From Octopus sinensis (taxonomy: Eukaryota): 64,000 nucleotides of DNA. The notes under the pieces are model-generated. The model was not told where the DNA came from. It made no database searches and saw only the letters and a list, made by a program, of their open reading frames with translations. The translations under genes were made by a program, and so were the position numbers. Location: positions 33,914,001-33,978,000 of the forward strand of contig NC_043009.1 of NCBI RefSeq assembly GCF_006345805.1, in the 5' to 3' direction. Positions 40,860 through 53,299 of this stretch are shown piece after piece (the first letter of the stretch is position 1; each line of letters opens with the position of its first letter).

Positions 40860-42480
40860 TTTTTTTGACTTCAGAGTTATCCTTCTGACTGATCTCATTA
40901 TACAGGGTTCTGGCTACAGCATAAAGTTTCATTGGTAGATAATACTGTAATGACACTTTTGGACTACTACTTATGATGTGGGTGGAATCTTCAGTGTTAA
41001 CTTCACAAAGTCTGCATCAGTTATCACATTTCGCTGCTTTTTCTGCATCTGTATCCCTTTTTGTGCATCAGGTTGATATTTTTGTTTCAGGATTGCAAAT
41101 GCATATCCTTTAAAGTGAGAGTTAGTAATCTGATTGTTGGTCCTAACATATCCATGAATGGTCTTCTGCTGGTATATGCTCAACCTTTCATCTGATAATA
41201 CATTGTGGTAGAGTTGTGTGACTTCTTTGGGATTGTATTCAAGTTCATCAAATAAGGAATGCTGCTCAAGGAGGTCAAGGAATGCACTTCAGCACTTGGT
41301 GGTTAAAAGGTGTTGCCAAAGAGATATGATATGACATTCAAAGGCAGTCTGGATTGATCTTAAAACCTCTGCCTCTTGTTTTCATTTTGGGCAGAGGCAG
41401 TCTACATTGTTGATATGAAAATTGTGTGCTGGTCAGTATCTTCAGAGTTTTCACATCAATGGCTCAGATCTCATCAAGCGTCCAATCAAGTTGCCTGAAT
41501 GTTGGTATAAGTACTGGTACTGCAAACACACTGTGGGCCAATGTTTTATTGAATGCAGAGAGTTCTGAGGTCCATATTTACTTTATCTGACTGCAATATT
41601 CTTTAGTGACACATGTCTTGTTATAGATGCCACCATAAGATATGTTTTCATCCACCCCTAGGTACCTGTAACCTAATCACATATAGAGGAAACAGTTAAG
41701 TCATTGATGGAATTACTGCTAGTCTGGTTTACAGATTTTCCTCTTTTCACAACCATATATCAATATTTAACCTGACCAAAATCCAACACTATATCCTTTG
41801 AGAATATTGTAACCAGGTCAAAGCACTTCTTTATCTCATGTATATTCCTGGCTTGCAGTTTCAAGTTATTCACAAAAACAGAGTGTATAAATTTGGTATT
41901 TCTCTTTTCTTGCAAACCAGTGGGATCCGTCAGATTTCCTTAACATGAATGACAAGGGGTTTACAGAAAGATTCTACCCACATCATAAGCAGTGGCTCAA
42001 AAGTGTCACTATGGTATTATCTACCAATGAAACATGATACTGAAGCTAGGACACTGTATAATAAGATCTGTCCAAAGGATAACCCTGAGGCCAAAGAAAC
42101 AATGATGTTTCATATCCGAGATGTTAGATGTAAACAAACAATGAGATCAAAGCTGGAAAAATGGGTAATGGGCATATACACTATATTTCAGGAGTTTTTG
42201 CTCCTTCATCAGCACCCATTTAACCCATTAATCATCTGTAAACTCACTGCTTAAATAGCACAATAATTAACAGTGTAATATACCAATTTACATATTAAAT
42301 GCATTCCTGGAAGCTGGTACATAAATACAAGTCATTAATATGTAACACACTGCCTAAGTACCAATCTGAGAAATTAGGCTTCTCAAAACCAGAAAGGAAA
42401 AAGCTAATCGAAAGACTACAGATCCAAGCCATCACTGGAACTGCAAGAATTTGTAAAAACTTTCCAGAAGTTTATCATTT
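40860..42480. mobile_element. R4-type LINE with inversion: 40860-41930 (-), 41930-42480 (+)
   Basis: Minus: FVNNLKL (FVDD), YRYLGVDE, CRLCEVNTEDSTHIISS. Plus: HIISSGSK..RLQIQAITGTARICK. Confidence 0.78.
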
Positions 42481-42741
42481 AAGCATAAACACGAAAATAT
42501 ATACATACAACAAAACATTCAAACCTGCTCATGCACTGACTCCAAATACTGCACATATATACACATACGTACAAAGATACCTTGTTGATGTTGTTGAAAT
42601 GGCTGAAAATCTTGAATGAATGAATGAATAAATGAATGACTGACTGACTGACTTGTATGCATGCATACATACATATATACACACACACATACATACATAC
42701 ATACATACATACAGGCAGACAGAGCAAAAGATATATGATAT

Positions 42742-43080
42742 ATATTGGAGCAAAAGTCAAACTGTTTTTTTAAGTAAAATTCAAAAACAGCATTTAGATA
42801 TTCATACATACTTTTATTCAACCACATATGTCCCATTTTGTTCCACTATCTTTTGCCATATTTGAGACAGCTTCATGATCCCATCCTCCCAAACACTGGT
42901 GTTTCAGAGTCATGAACTGGTTTAACTGATTTTTACAGTCTTCCAAAGAATTAAAGTTCACCATATTAGGATAATTTTGTAGGGATTGAAACAAATGGTA
43001 AACCAAAGGTGAGTATGGTAGGTGTGGTGGGACATCCCAGTCAAACTGTGGTAATTCCTGCAGGGTCTGCACGAAAATAT
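42742..43080 (-). mobile_element. Mariner (DD34D-type) 3' remnant with TIR-like end
   Basis: LQELPQFDWDVPPHLPYSP..YHLFQSLQN (WEVLPHPPYSPDLAPSDYHLF motif); TA + ttggagcaaaagtcaaactg end. Confidence 0.75.
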
Positions 43081-43229
43081 GAAACCTACTTTTGTCATAC
43101 TCACCCCCATTCACATATACACACTCACACCATTCTCACATATACACACATGCTTTGCACACTTTAGTATGTCTGGGTCATCGTTATTATTATTATCTCC
43201 CTTTCATTCAACATCTTTCTTCTGGCCAT

Positions 43230-43345
43230 TTTATCATGTTAGACCATAAATCTCTACACATTTGTTTCTTTCTCCGTTTTCTTCCTCTTAATCCTTTCTG
43301 TCGAAGAGTGTAGGCTCGAAACATAAAAGACTTTTCCATTCTTCA
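43230..43345 (+). mobile_element. Short HHR-bearing repeat with CUGUCGA core; copies also 49346-49520 (+) and 56855-57045 (-)
   Basis: cttt-CTGTCGA-a-gag(c/t)-(g/a)tag-gctc-GAAA-c(g/a)TA-aaag with shared flanks in three places. Confidence 0.75.
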
Positions 43346-43349
43346 TAAT

Positions 43350-44260
43350 CATCATCTTTGTTGTTTAACTTCCACTTTCCATGCTGGCATGTGTTGGACG
43401 GTTTGACTGAGGGCTGGTAAGCCAGAAGACTGCACCAGGTTCCAATCTGATCTGGCAAAATTTCTACAGCTGGATGCCCTTCCTAATGCCAACCATTCCG
43501 AGTGTAGTGGGTGCTTTTTCGTGCCATCAGCACGGGAGCCTCAACTGCTAGGGTGTGACACTTTTTCACACAGCTGTCCTCATCCATTCACAATGCATGA
43601 CCATACCAACGCAGTCGTCTCTCTTGCACACCACATCTGATGCTTCTTAAGTCCATCTTTTCTCTAAGGGCATTTACATTCTATTGTGTATGCACACTGA
43701 CATTACACATCCAGCGGAGTATACTAGCTTCATTCCTTGTAAGCTTACACACGTCCTCAGCAGTCATGGTCCATGTTTCACTGCCATGTAGCATGGCTGT
43801 TCACACACATGTGTCATACAGTCTACCTTTTACTCTGAGCGAGAGGCCCTTTGTCACCAGTAGAGGTAGAAATTCTCTGAACTTTGCCCAGGCTATTCTT
43901 ATTCTAGCAGCTACACTTTCAGAGCATCCCACCCATCCGGCTACTGGCTTGGTCACCAAAGTAATGGAAGCTATCAAATACTTCTAGTTTTTCTCCCTGG
44001 AATGTGGCAGAAGTTGTTCTCTGCGCATTTTCAGTTTTCATTGCTTCTGAGCATTTGCCACACACAAAATCTATCTTCCCAGTTAACCTTCCTTTGATAT
44101 TGCTGCACCTCTTATGTGTCCATAGCTTATACTGGGCACATTTTATGGAGTTTCTACCTACACCTTTTTTGCAGGTCAAGCAGGCCATCTACCTGAAGGA
44201 ATTTGTGGTTTGTCAGCCTTCCTACTTAAGACTTTGGTTTTAGTTAAGTTGACTCTAAGA
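43350..44260 (-). mobile_element. RTE-clade LINE 3' part joined to the (GAT)n-tailed repeat
   Basis: CKKGVGRNSIKCAQYKLWTHKRCSNIKGRLTGKIDFVCGKC (PHD-like), DSFHYFGD, RRLRWYGH, then the tail repeat. Confidence 0.82.
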
Positions 44261-44265
44261 CCCTT

Positions 44266-44331
<66 letters not shown>

Positions 44332-44333
<2 letters not shown>

Positions 44334-44608
44334 CCTAGTGGTTAGGGCAGCAGACTTGCGGTCGTAGGATGCGGTTTCGATTCCCAGACCGGGCGTTGTG
44401 AGTGTTTATTGAGTGAAAACACCTGAGGCTCCGCCAGGGGGTGGTGGCGATCCCTGCTGTACTCTTTCGCCACAACTTTCTCTCACTCTTTCTTCTGTTG
44501 GCCTGCTCGCTTAGCCAGCGGGGTGGCGTCATTTGAAGGCTAAAACAATGTGAAGCGCATTGTGACCAGCGATGTGTAACATCTGATGGCCTGGTCGGTC
44601 ACGGTGAT
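44332..44608 (+). mobile_element. tRNA-Arg(GCG)-like SINE
   Basis: tagcctagtggttagg A box, anticodon-like ttGCGgt, ggtttcgattcc B box; CpG-rich; sits in (TA)n. Confidence 0.75.
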
Positions 44609-45115
44609 ATATATATATATACATATATATATGTGTGTATATAATTTAGAGAAAAACCACTATTAAACAATTCAATAAAGAAAGATGTTATTCATACCAT
44701 ATAGAAAACATATACGATAAAAACAACAACCTTATTTTAAATCAATAAAGTACAATAAATAGTAAACAGATTCCATTTCCTAATGTGTGTGTGTGTGCGT
44801 GTGTGTATATATATATATATATATATAATATATAAATTAGAAAAAAAACCCCTCTTTTTATCAATTCAATAATGAAAAATTAAATTATGCCAATTAGAAA
44901 AATTACATCTTACAGAAAGATTAAATATAAGATAAAACATATAACTATGATTAAATAAAGTGCAAAATAATAAATAAAACGTATATATTTGGTAGAATAA
45001 CTTTTTTTTTCTAATTTACATATATATATATATTATATTTTGTGAAATTTGATTTAGTATTTCTAAATTGAATTTTTCCCTGTAAGTTTGGAATAATATT
45101 CCCTCATATATTATG

Positions 45116-45177
<62 letters not shown>

Positions 45178-45914
45178 TACATACATATATACACACATAC
45201 ACACACACACATAGATACTGTAAGACATTTATCATGTATATATGAATGTTTACACACACACACACACATATAGGGGAAGGCACTTGCCTAAGGTGCTGTG
45301 CAGTAGAAATGAACTTGAAACCTCATGCTTGGGAGGTAAAACTTTTAAGCACAGAATTTTGCCAGTACCTTATATACATAGAAATTATTTCTGTATATAC
45401 ATCCATATTATATGTATTCATGTATAAATATATATATATTGACATACACATTCATAACTTTTTATATGTGTATGAACTGGGCTTAGTTTCTAAGTAAATA
45501 ATATACATATGTGCATACACACATACCAGCATGTACACACAGACACACACACAACATATATGCAATCCAGGAACCTGAGTGAAGGAAGTTTCTAAGCTTC
45601 AAGGAGAAGGCAACTAGTATACAAAAGACACAATAATGATTTCTTGGTACCGAGAATTACAAACTTTTTCCCATATCAAAGCTGTGAAAAAATTCAATAA
45701 GCTGGTACTTTCTACACAACTCACTGTACCATTAGTTGCTACATGCATGCATGTATGTATATATGTATGTATACACATAAACATTTTAAATATACACATA
45801 TAGATAAAATACATAAATACTATAAATATATACACAAACAGACATATATGTACACATAAATGTTATAACTATGCACACACACACACACACACACACTTAC
45901 ACATCCACACATAC

Positions 45915-46030
45915 CTGCTAGCTTTTGCTGCCTCTGTCTTCGATACTTTCCAGTTTCGCTACATTTACAAACTCGTTCACTGAAACTACGACACCACAGG
46001 TAAGGATAATCCAAGGAGTTCATTATCATT
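45915..46030 (-). CDS. DLC1/STARD13: Candidate upstream exon (116 nt): MIMNSLDYPYLWCRSFSERVCKCSETGKYRRQRQQKLA
   Basis: TACTAAC branch consensus at 46063-46057, pyrimidine tract and aag| acceptor; phase-1 donor GCAG|gtatgt joins the SAM exon in frame to give KLA-EIEAKEAC. Non-repetitive sequence. No homology search done. Confidence 0.65.
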
Positions 46031-46482
46031 CTTGTGGATGTGGATAGAAAATTGAGGTTAGTAGTTCAAATAAGTGACTGTGTTCGCATGTTTGTGTGTG
46101 TGTATGTACATACACACATAAATATATATATATATATACATGTACATACATACATACACATGTGTGTGATAGGTGACTAACTCAACAGACAACTGTATGA
46201 GTTGTTATGCATATAAGTGATGAAAATATCTATGATATCATGATATATAATTATACCTATATACATCAGCGGACATCTGTGTATATGTAAGCTTGCATGC
46301 ATAAATATATATACATGTTTGTGTGAGGTAGATGTGTGTGAAAAGCAGGAGTCTAACGTAGCGGTATAGCTCTAAAATAGAGGTACATGATGAAATGGTA
46401 AAAAAATTAAATGAAAGTATTCTCTTTTCGAGAGAGCTCTCGGCCATGTGATACTGATAACTATCACCACTCAAGCACTCAC

Positions 46483-47096
46483 ATACAGTAGCATATCAAA
46501 TAGATGTGTCCTGTTTGGATAGAAAGACAGGCAATTGCATTGCATGAGTAACATCCCAGATGTGGTGTATTTGAAAAGCCTGGTGAATTCAGGTAGTTTA
46601 AGTGTTTAAGTACATGTGTATACATACACATAGAAGAAATTGAAACTGGAGAAGTATGCAGATTAGTCAGAATAAAAAGTGGTGAGAGGAGGGGAAAATA
46701 GAGCAAGTTAGGGTTATTAGGCATGATGAAAGACAATTTGCAGTTTGTTCTATGACTTATATTTAGAGTAAAATGAATATAGAATGATAATGATAATAAT
46801 GATGGTGGTGGTGGTGGTAGTGGTGGTGTGTGTAGTGTTGATTTAAAATAGTTGAATCTGATAATAAATGGTGAAAGAAATGACTCCTTAAAGAAAGGGG
46901 GCCACTTAATTTCCCCAGTAATTGCTCTTATTCTGCTTTTTTTTCCTATGTTGATGGTGGTGATAATATTTATGATATATAAGCTAAAAATAAACAGCAG
47001 ATATCTAATTAGAAACAAACTAAAATACAAAAACCTCATGCCAAAAAAAAAAAAAGAGATGAAAAGTAGTAAAGTTCTATCCATATGGTAAGGCAA
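46483..47096 (-). CDS. Candidate first exon (open frame or 5'UTR) ending at a strong donor
   Basis: AT|gtgagt donor at 46483/46482; phase 2 joins the 46030 exon in frame; the 46479-47096 ORF is stop-free up to this donor. Could be mostly UTR. Confidence 0.35.
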
Positions 47097-47872
47097 AATA
47101 ATGTATATATATGTATTTAGGTAGGTAGGTAGGTGTATTATATATATTTATATATAAATACTGAGTGACACATAGAGAGTGAGTGGAGAGGAAGAAGTGA
47201 CAGAACAAAGCCTTAAATTTAAAAAATCTAAAACTCACGGAAAGAGAAACTAAAACAAAATATTAACTAGCATAGGTCATTTTGGGTGTGTCTGTCTATT
47301 TCTCTATACATACATGCTCACGTGTGTTTGGTGATAAAAACATACATATGCACGCACGTGCGTATGTGTTTGGTGATACAAACAGGAAAAAATAGAAATC
47401 AAAACATGAGTATATACATATTTTTATAGATGCGTAGCAGAACAGAGTGATTCAAGGGCCGATAGTTTCGTGCATAAGCACTTATCAAACTAGTTACAGA
47501 TTGAGGAGTTGTGAATTTATATACCAGTGACAATAGTATTCCCCGGATAGTTCTACAACAAAATTATAAAAACAACGACACAAGGATAATTCCTATTTTT
47601 CAAATAGTTTGCCTCTTATGTTGTTTCAATAGGGAACTATATAAATAAATAAACAAACAAGGAAAATTTATGCAGACTTATACACACATAAAAGTGAATG
47701 CTGGTGAATATAAATACAGTATATTTACATATAGGCACAGGAGTGGCTGTATGGTAAGTAACTTGTTTACCAGCCACATGGTTCCAGGTTCAGTTCCACT
47801 GCATGGCACCTTGGGCAAGTGTATTCTACTATAGCCTCGGGCTTACAAAAGCCTTATGAGTGGTAGCCTGTC

Positions 47873-47900
<28 letters not shown>

Positions 47901-47903
<3 letters not shown>

Positions 47904-48236
47904 TGGCTCAGTGGTTAGAGCGTCGAGCTTACGATCGTGAGGTTGTGAGCTCGAATCCCGGACCGGGCTGCGTGTTGTGTTCTTGAGCAAGGCACTTTAT
48001 TTCACGTTGCTCCAGTTCACTCAGCTGTAGAAATGAGTTGCGACATCACAGGTGCCAAGCTGTATCGACCTTTGTCTTTCCCTTGGATAACACTGGTGGC
48101 GTGGAGAGGGGAGGCTGGTATGCATGGGCGACTGCTGGCCTTCCATAAACAACCTTGCCCAGACTTGTGTCTAGGAGGGTAACTTTCTAGGTGCAATCCC
48201 ATGGTCATTCATGACCGAAGGGGGTCTTTACCCTTT
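47901..48236 (+). mobile_element. tRNA-Arg(ACG)-like SINE; decayed relatives ~12830-12950(-), 15490-15600(+), 62880-63005(-)
   Basis: tggctcagtggttagag A box, ttACGat, gctcgaatccc B box, ttgctccagttcactcagctgtagaaatgagt central block. Confidence 0.78.
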
Positions 48237-48239
48237 TTA

Positions 48240-49272
48240 CTAGCAGCATCACCCGGTGTTGCTTGGGTTTGTTTCGACCCTTTAGAATTGGAATTTTTGA
48301 AAAGTAAAAATTTTGCATTATGCAACTTGTTATTCTCTTCAAGTGAACATTTTTCCAGTTGAAATACACCAAAAAATGGTAACACAGCAGTCAAAAATCG
48401 TAAAAAATAGGGAATTTCATAAAAAAAAAGCACCTTTTTGATGTAAATAATTTTTGGTGTTAACATGGTCCGATTTGAATTTTATCTTCTACAGAATGAA
48501 GAGCAAGCCTTCTTCTATCATACTCTCAATTTTGGTCAACTTGCGCTGCAGGGTCTCGAAGGAGATAGTGTTAGTTGAAGGCTACCATACCTGCCACACA
48601 CAGACTTCAGCTTTATATATATAGATTTGCTACACGCTACTTTCCATCCTTAATAATGAAACTTGGTAGATCCAAAAGTTAAACACACAGACACACACAC
48701 AGACACACAAGTTGAGTTTTATATATATAGATTTCTCAAGGGAGATTTCAGGGGAGTTTTAGGGAGTTGCTGGCAATGTATCATGATGATCAAAAATCCG
48801 GCCTGCTAAAATTTGGTTAAAGTGATTCAAACTGCAGACCCAACGCAAAATGGTCACATTTAATTCAAAGCGTTAAAAATGTTATGAAAACAATTGGTAT
48901 GTATTCACAAAGTCCAAACGATTAATACGAAAAAACCCTCCAGGCTACATCCTGAAAATTCATTGCTTTGCCGAATTTTTACAATGTTTACGGCGATTTG
49001 TTTTTATATCTTGATTTTTTATTTTTCATGCAATTTACGCATGCTTGCACGCGTGGTGAACACAGTTCACGTCAAACAGCTGACTGAGTAAAGTTCACTA
49101 TTCAATGCATGGGATAAGGCCTAAACAAACACATCGATTTTTGCACTTGCGAAATGAATTTCGGAACAGAAATAGCGCAGTTCAATTTTCATTCGCCTAA
49201 ACTTTAAGTCACCCATTTTTGGTGGTTCTACGATTTGTTGGCTAGGAGGAGATGTGCCGGGAAGTTAAGTTT

Positions 49273-49345
<73 letters not shown>
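48240..49345 (-). mobile_element. Composite non-autonomous Helitron: one 3' end, three 5' ends
   Basis: 3' CTAG|T at 48243-48240 with ACCC..GGGT hairpin 11 nt inside; A|TCTATATATATA 5' starts at 48625, 48731 and 49345. Confidence 0.72.
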
Positions 49346-49619
49346 TCGTTAGCCACTACACACATTTTTTTCTCTCCTTGTTTTTTCTGTGTCCCTTTTT
49401 GCAGAAGAGCATAGGCTCGAAACGTAAAAGACTTTTTCTATTCCTGAGCGTTATACTAATACATCTGTTTGTTTTGTACACCACCTGTCTTCGCCTTTTG
49501 TTTTTTTCGTAAACTCTCTCTCTCTCTCATGGAAAATGGACGTTAAACAATGATGATGATGATGATATATATAATATTATTTCTAAGTCTCTCTAAAGGA
49601 GACTACAGCAGTGGTACCA

Positions 49620-50330
49620 CCTAGGCAGTGTCATATCACAAAATGGACATGTCAACGATGACATCCTATGACGGATCAACCTTACCTCTTTCTCCTTTGG
49701 ACACGAATGCTTTTAAACAGAAATCTGAGGCTATCATGCCTTTGTCATCTGAAATTTACTGTATGGCTGTGAATGCTGAACCTTATACTGCCATCATGTG
49801 AGGAAGCTAGAGTCATTTCACATCCATTGTCTCCAATGAATTTTATGCATTACATGGAAAGATATGGAAATTCTCTAGCAAGCAGGAATTTCCAGCAATG
49901 AAGCCATCATTGAACACCGTCTTCTAGGATGGTCGTCTTTGGAGAGCTATCAACTGGTGTTTACCCACATAGGGCACCCAAGAAGAGGTTCAGTGAGCAT
50001 CTTATGCTTATCTACAACTCCTGAAACATTTAACCAGCACAACTTGCACACTTGGCTCAGAATCGGCAAACCTGGTGCTTCATCTGTGACAAAGGAGTTG
50101 CACACTTTGAACTAATCTGATGTGAGAAATTTGAGGAAAAGAGATGCCAACATCATCTCAGACTCACCGACAATATAATGGGCAACTTCCCTTGTCGTTT
50201 GTGTTCAAGGACATGCTATTCCAGGATTGGACTGTTATCACATCTATCAACTCACAAAATGTAGGATAAGACTCCTAGAGGACAACGTCGTCATCAACAT
50301 TGATGGACAGCTATAAGCAAAGTGAAGTTT
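49620..50330 (+). mobile_element. RTE (BovB-like) LINE 3' fragment
   Basis: LLYGCEC, LFGELSTG, LAQNRQTW, FPCRLCSRTCYSRIGLLSHLSTH (C2H2). Confidence 0.78.
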
Positions 50331-51167
50331 GTGTTAGTCTCCTAGTATCACTTGACAACTTGTGTTGGTGCGTTTATGTACCTGTAACTTAGCAGTTCAA
50401 CAAAAGAGACCAATAGAATCAGTAAACAGGCTTAAAGTACTGGGATTGATTTTTCTTTTTTTTTTCTTCTGGACTAAAATTCCCCAAGTCGGTGCCCTAG
50501 GATGGTTGCAGTCTAATGGCTAAAATGAGTAAAATATATGCATGCATGCACACACATATTAGTTGCAGTCATTTAAAACTCAGGTCAATCCTGATGCACC
50601 ATATCTGATATCAAAGGTGTTTCTGACTTGGTCATTCTGTCTTTTTCCCAGATCTGGTATGCCATCTTTGGCAAGTGTCTTCTGCTATAGCCTCAAGCTG
50701 ACCAAAGCCATGTGTATGGATTTGGTAGAGAGAAACTGAAAGAAGCCTGTGTTGGTGTGTTTACATTCCTTTAAGTTAGCAGTTCAGCACAAGAGGCCAA
50801 TAAAATAAACATCAGGTTTTAAAAAAGACAATAAGTACTGCAGTTGATTCATTCAACTAAAATTTTTCAAGGTGGTGTCCTAGCATGGCCACAGTCTAAT
50901 AACTGAAACAAATAAAACATAACACATACATACATACATACATACATACATACATACGTACGTACATATAAATATAATAATAGAAGATTTAGACAAATAC
51001 ATATAATTAAATTAGTGTGTTTAAATCAGCACAGTATAGACTACCTGTTGTCATTCCATGGTTGTAACACACTGCCATTGGATTTACTTCAGGAACTTTG
51101 CAGCAGCAGTTAGGGTAATAGTATTAATTGATAGTAGGAGATGGATTTTAAATTAGACTTTTATTAA

Positions 51168-51212
51168 GTACAACATATGTTTCGACCCATCAGTCTGGGT
51201 TTCTTCAGGTAC
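51168..51212 (-). ncRNA. Minimal type I HHR in the 3' terminal repeat
   Basis: gtac-CTGAAGA-aaccca-gactga-tgggtc-GAAA-catatGTT-gtac. Confidence 0.75.
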
Positions 51213-53299
51213 ATTGATAAAGAAATCTCACTAGATATTTTTTTGTGTTGGCTGGCTTGTTGTTATATGCCTATCCAGAAATAGTGATAAATATACTGAA
51301 CAGAACCAATTCATCTGGTGCTCGCAGCATGAAAACAAACTAAAAAACCAGCCAGTTATGCTCATGCAGAGACAATTCCAAATGTTTTTTGGACAATCAA
51401 TGTATGACCAAAAATGTGATATATAAGTGCACTGTAAACATGAGAGGTGACCCCCTACGTATATATTGGAGCCTCAGCAGATATTTAAAAAAAAAACGTA
51501 TCATAACCACAATGCCAGCTTTCAAAAAATCCTTAAATGGCATGTAACATCACTGGCTGATTTTATTTGGAGGCTCAAGGAAGCAAAGGCAATATATGAC
51601 TTGACCTAGTCTATAATCAGATATGTCCCTACAACACATTATCCTGGAAATGCCAGGATATATTATTAACAAAGGAGCACATTATAAATAGATTTATGGA
51701 ACAATTACCCAGATTCCTACATGCAGCTAAACACACATTTAAATTATAATCTTAACCATACCTAACTTATGTAAACCTAACACTCACAACTCTGATTAAT
51801 CCACCTGAGTTTTTACCCTTAATTTCTACAACAATAAGAAAATGGAGGGGATCAAGATGGTATTCATCAACTTTTAGACATTATATCATGTCTATTTATT
51901 TAAAAAAAAAAACAATTATAACAATATACATACATGTATAACATATTATGCTTTACATATATAATATATAAAATATAAAAATATCAGTAATTATTAAAAT
52001 ATATAACGTAGAGCATAGGAAGTAGAATAGTATCTTACAGTTGTTTCAGCCAAGAGGCGATAGTACCCCACTTTACTTCCATCCCTTCCTTATTATATAG
52101 GTAAAGTAATTTATATTAGTTGTAGAATAACTACAAAATTATTACTAGAGAAATTTTTTTTATATTTACGATTATCATGAATGAATTGTTCAATAATATT
52201 TAAAATCTCTTTAATAATATTAGTTTTAACTTGAGCCCCATAAGGAAAATTTAACCAAATTTTATTCCTATAATTTATATTTTTATTATTTTATACTTTT
52301 TATAAAAATATATATTATTTGTTATTTATGTATTGGTTTGTGTCTATCAATGTTTGAGTTGCATAATAGTGGTTTTATCTCTAATTTATATTTTATACAC
52401 ACACACATATACACATTTACATACATACATATATATACATGTATATACCCACACACACATATATTATGAAAACAAAAAAATTGATTAAATCCAAAGGGAA
52501 GTACTAGATAATGTTATTACTTTATATACTTCTGGAGTGTAATTAAATGTAAATTACAAGCTAGTCAATGTTTATTTATTTAAAGGTATCAGCAGAAAAC
52601 ATAAACATATACATACCTACCTAAACCTACATATGTGTGTATGCATACATAAATATATATATACACAAGTAAATGCACAAAGATAGTTTCTTGTGCTATT
52701 TGTAAAAGGTATACCCAATTTTATGAAGACAGGAAATGTTGCATTCCTTAAAGCTGTTAATAAGCAGAATTTTAGTCCCAATTATAAAGAAAATTTTGTT
52801 AATACATAACATATGTTTTCTATTTTTAGTATTATATGCAGGAGCTCTTGTTAATATTTTTCAATTTAAATTTCTCCTATTTCTGTTTCTAAATGTATAG
52901 TTATGATAATTAAGTCTCTGTTACATATTGTTTTTTGTCACACCCACATACACCTTGCTGTCATATTGTGTACTTACTATACATTGATATACTGCCTCTT
53001 TTCTAATGCAGTTATTATTAAATACACAATTATTACTTACTCTACAATCACATGTTCTGTGTGGCTGTGTAGGGTTTATGTTATTGGGGGGTTGACGGTT
53101 ATTAAATTATTAGTTCTGTGGCTATTGTTGATCCCAATAATGTTATTATTGTTTATACTATTGTGATCATTAATGTTAGTATTATTACTATTATTATTTA
53201 CACTTCCATTGTCGCCGCCGCTGCCACCACCACCACCACCATCACCATCATCATCATCATCATCATCATTATTACTATTACCATTATCATTATTGTGCA

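Noticed and set aside
44332-44400. Functional tRNA genes (also 47901-47960)
   Set aside because: No complete acceptor stem, and each continues into a SINE body.
46238-46474. 78-aa ORF MSGDSYQYH...
   Set aside because: TTG start just inside the predicted intron; no phase-compatible donor; runs into simple repeats.
52720-53060. Selenocysteine recoding in the PLE endonuclease
   Set aside because: The Cys positions read (N-terminal part of the domain) are TGT/TGC; stops look like ordinary decay.
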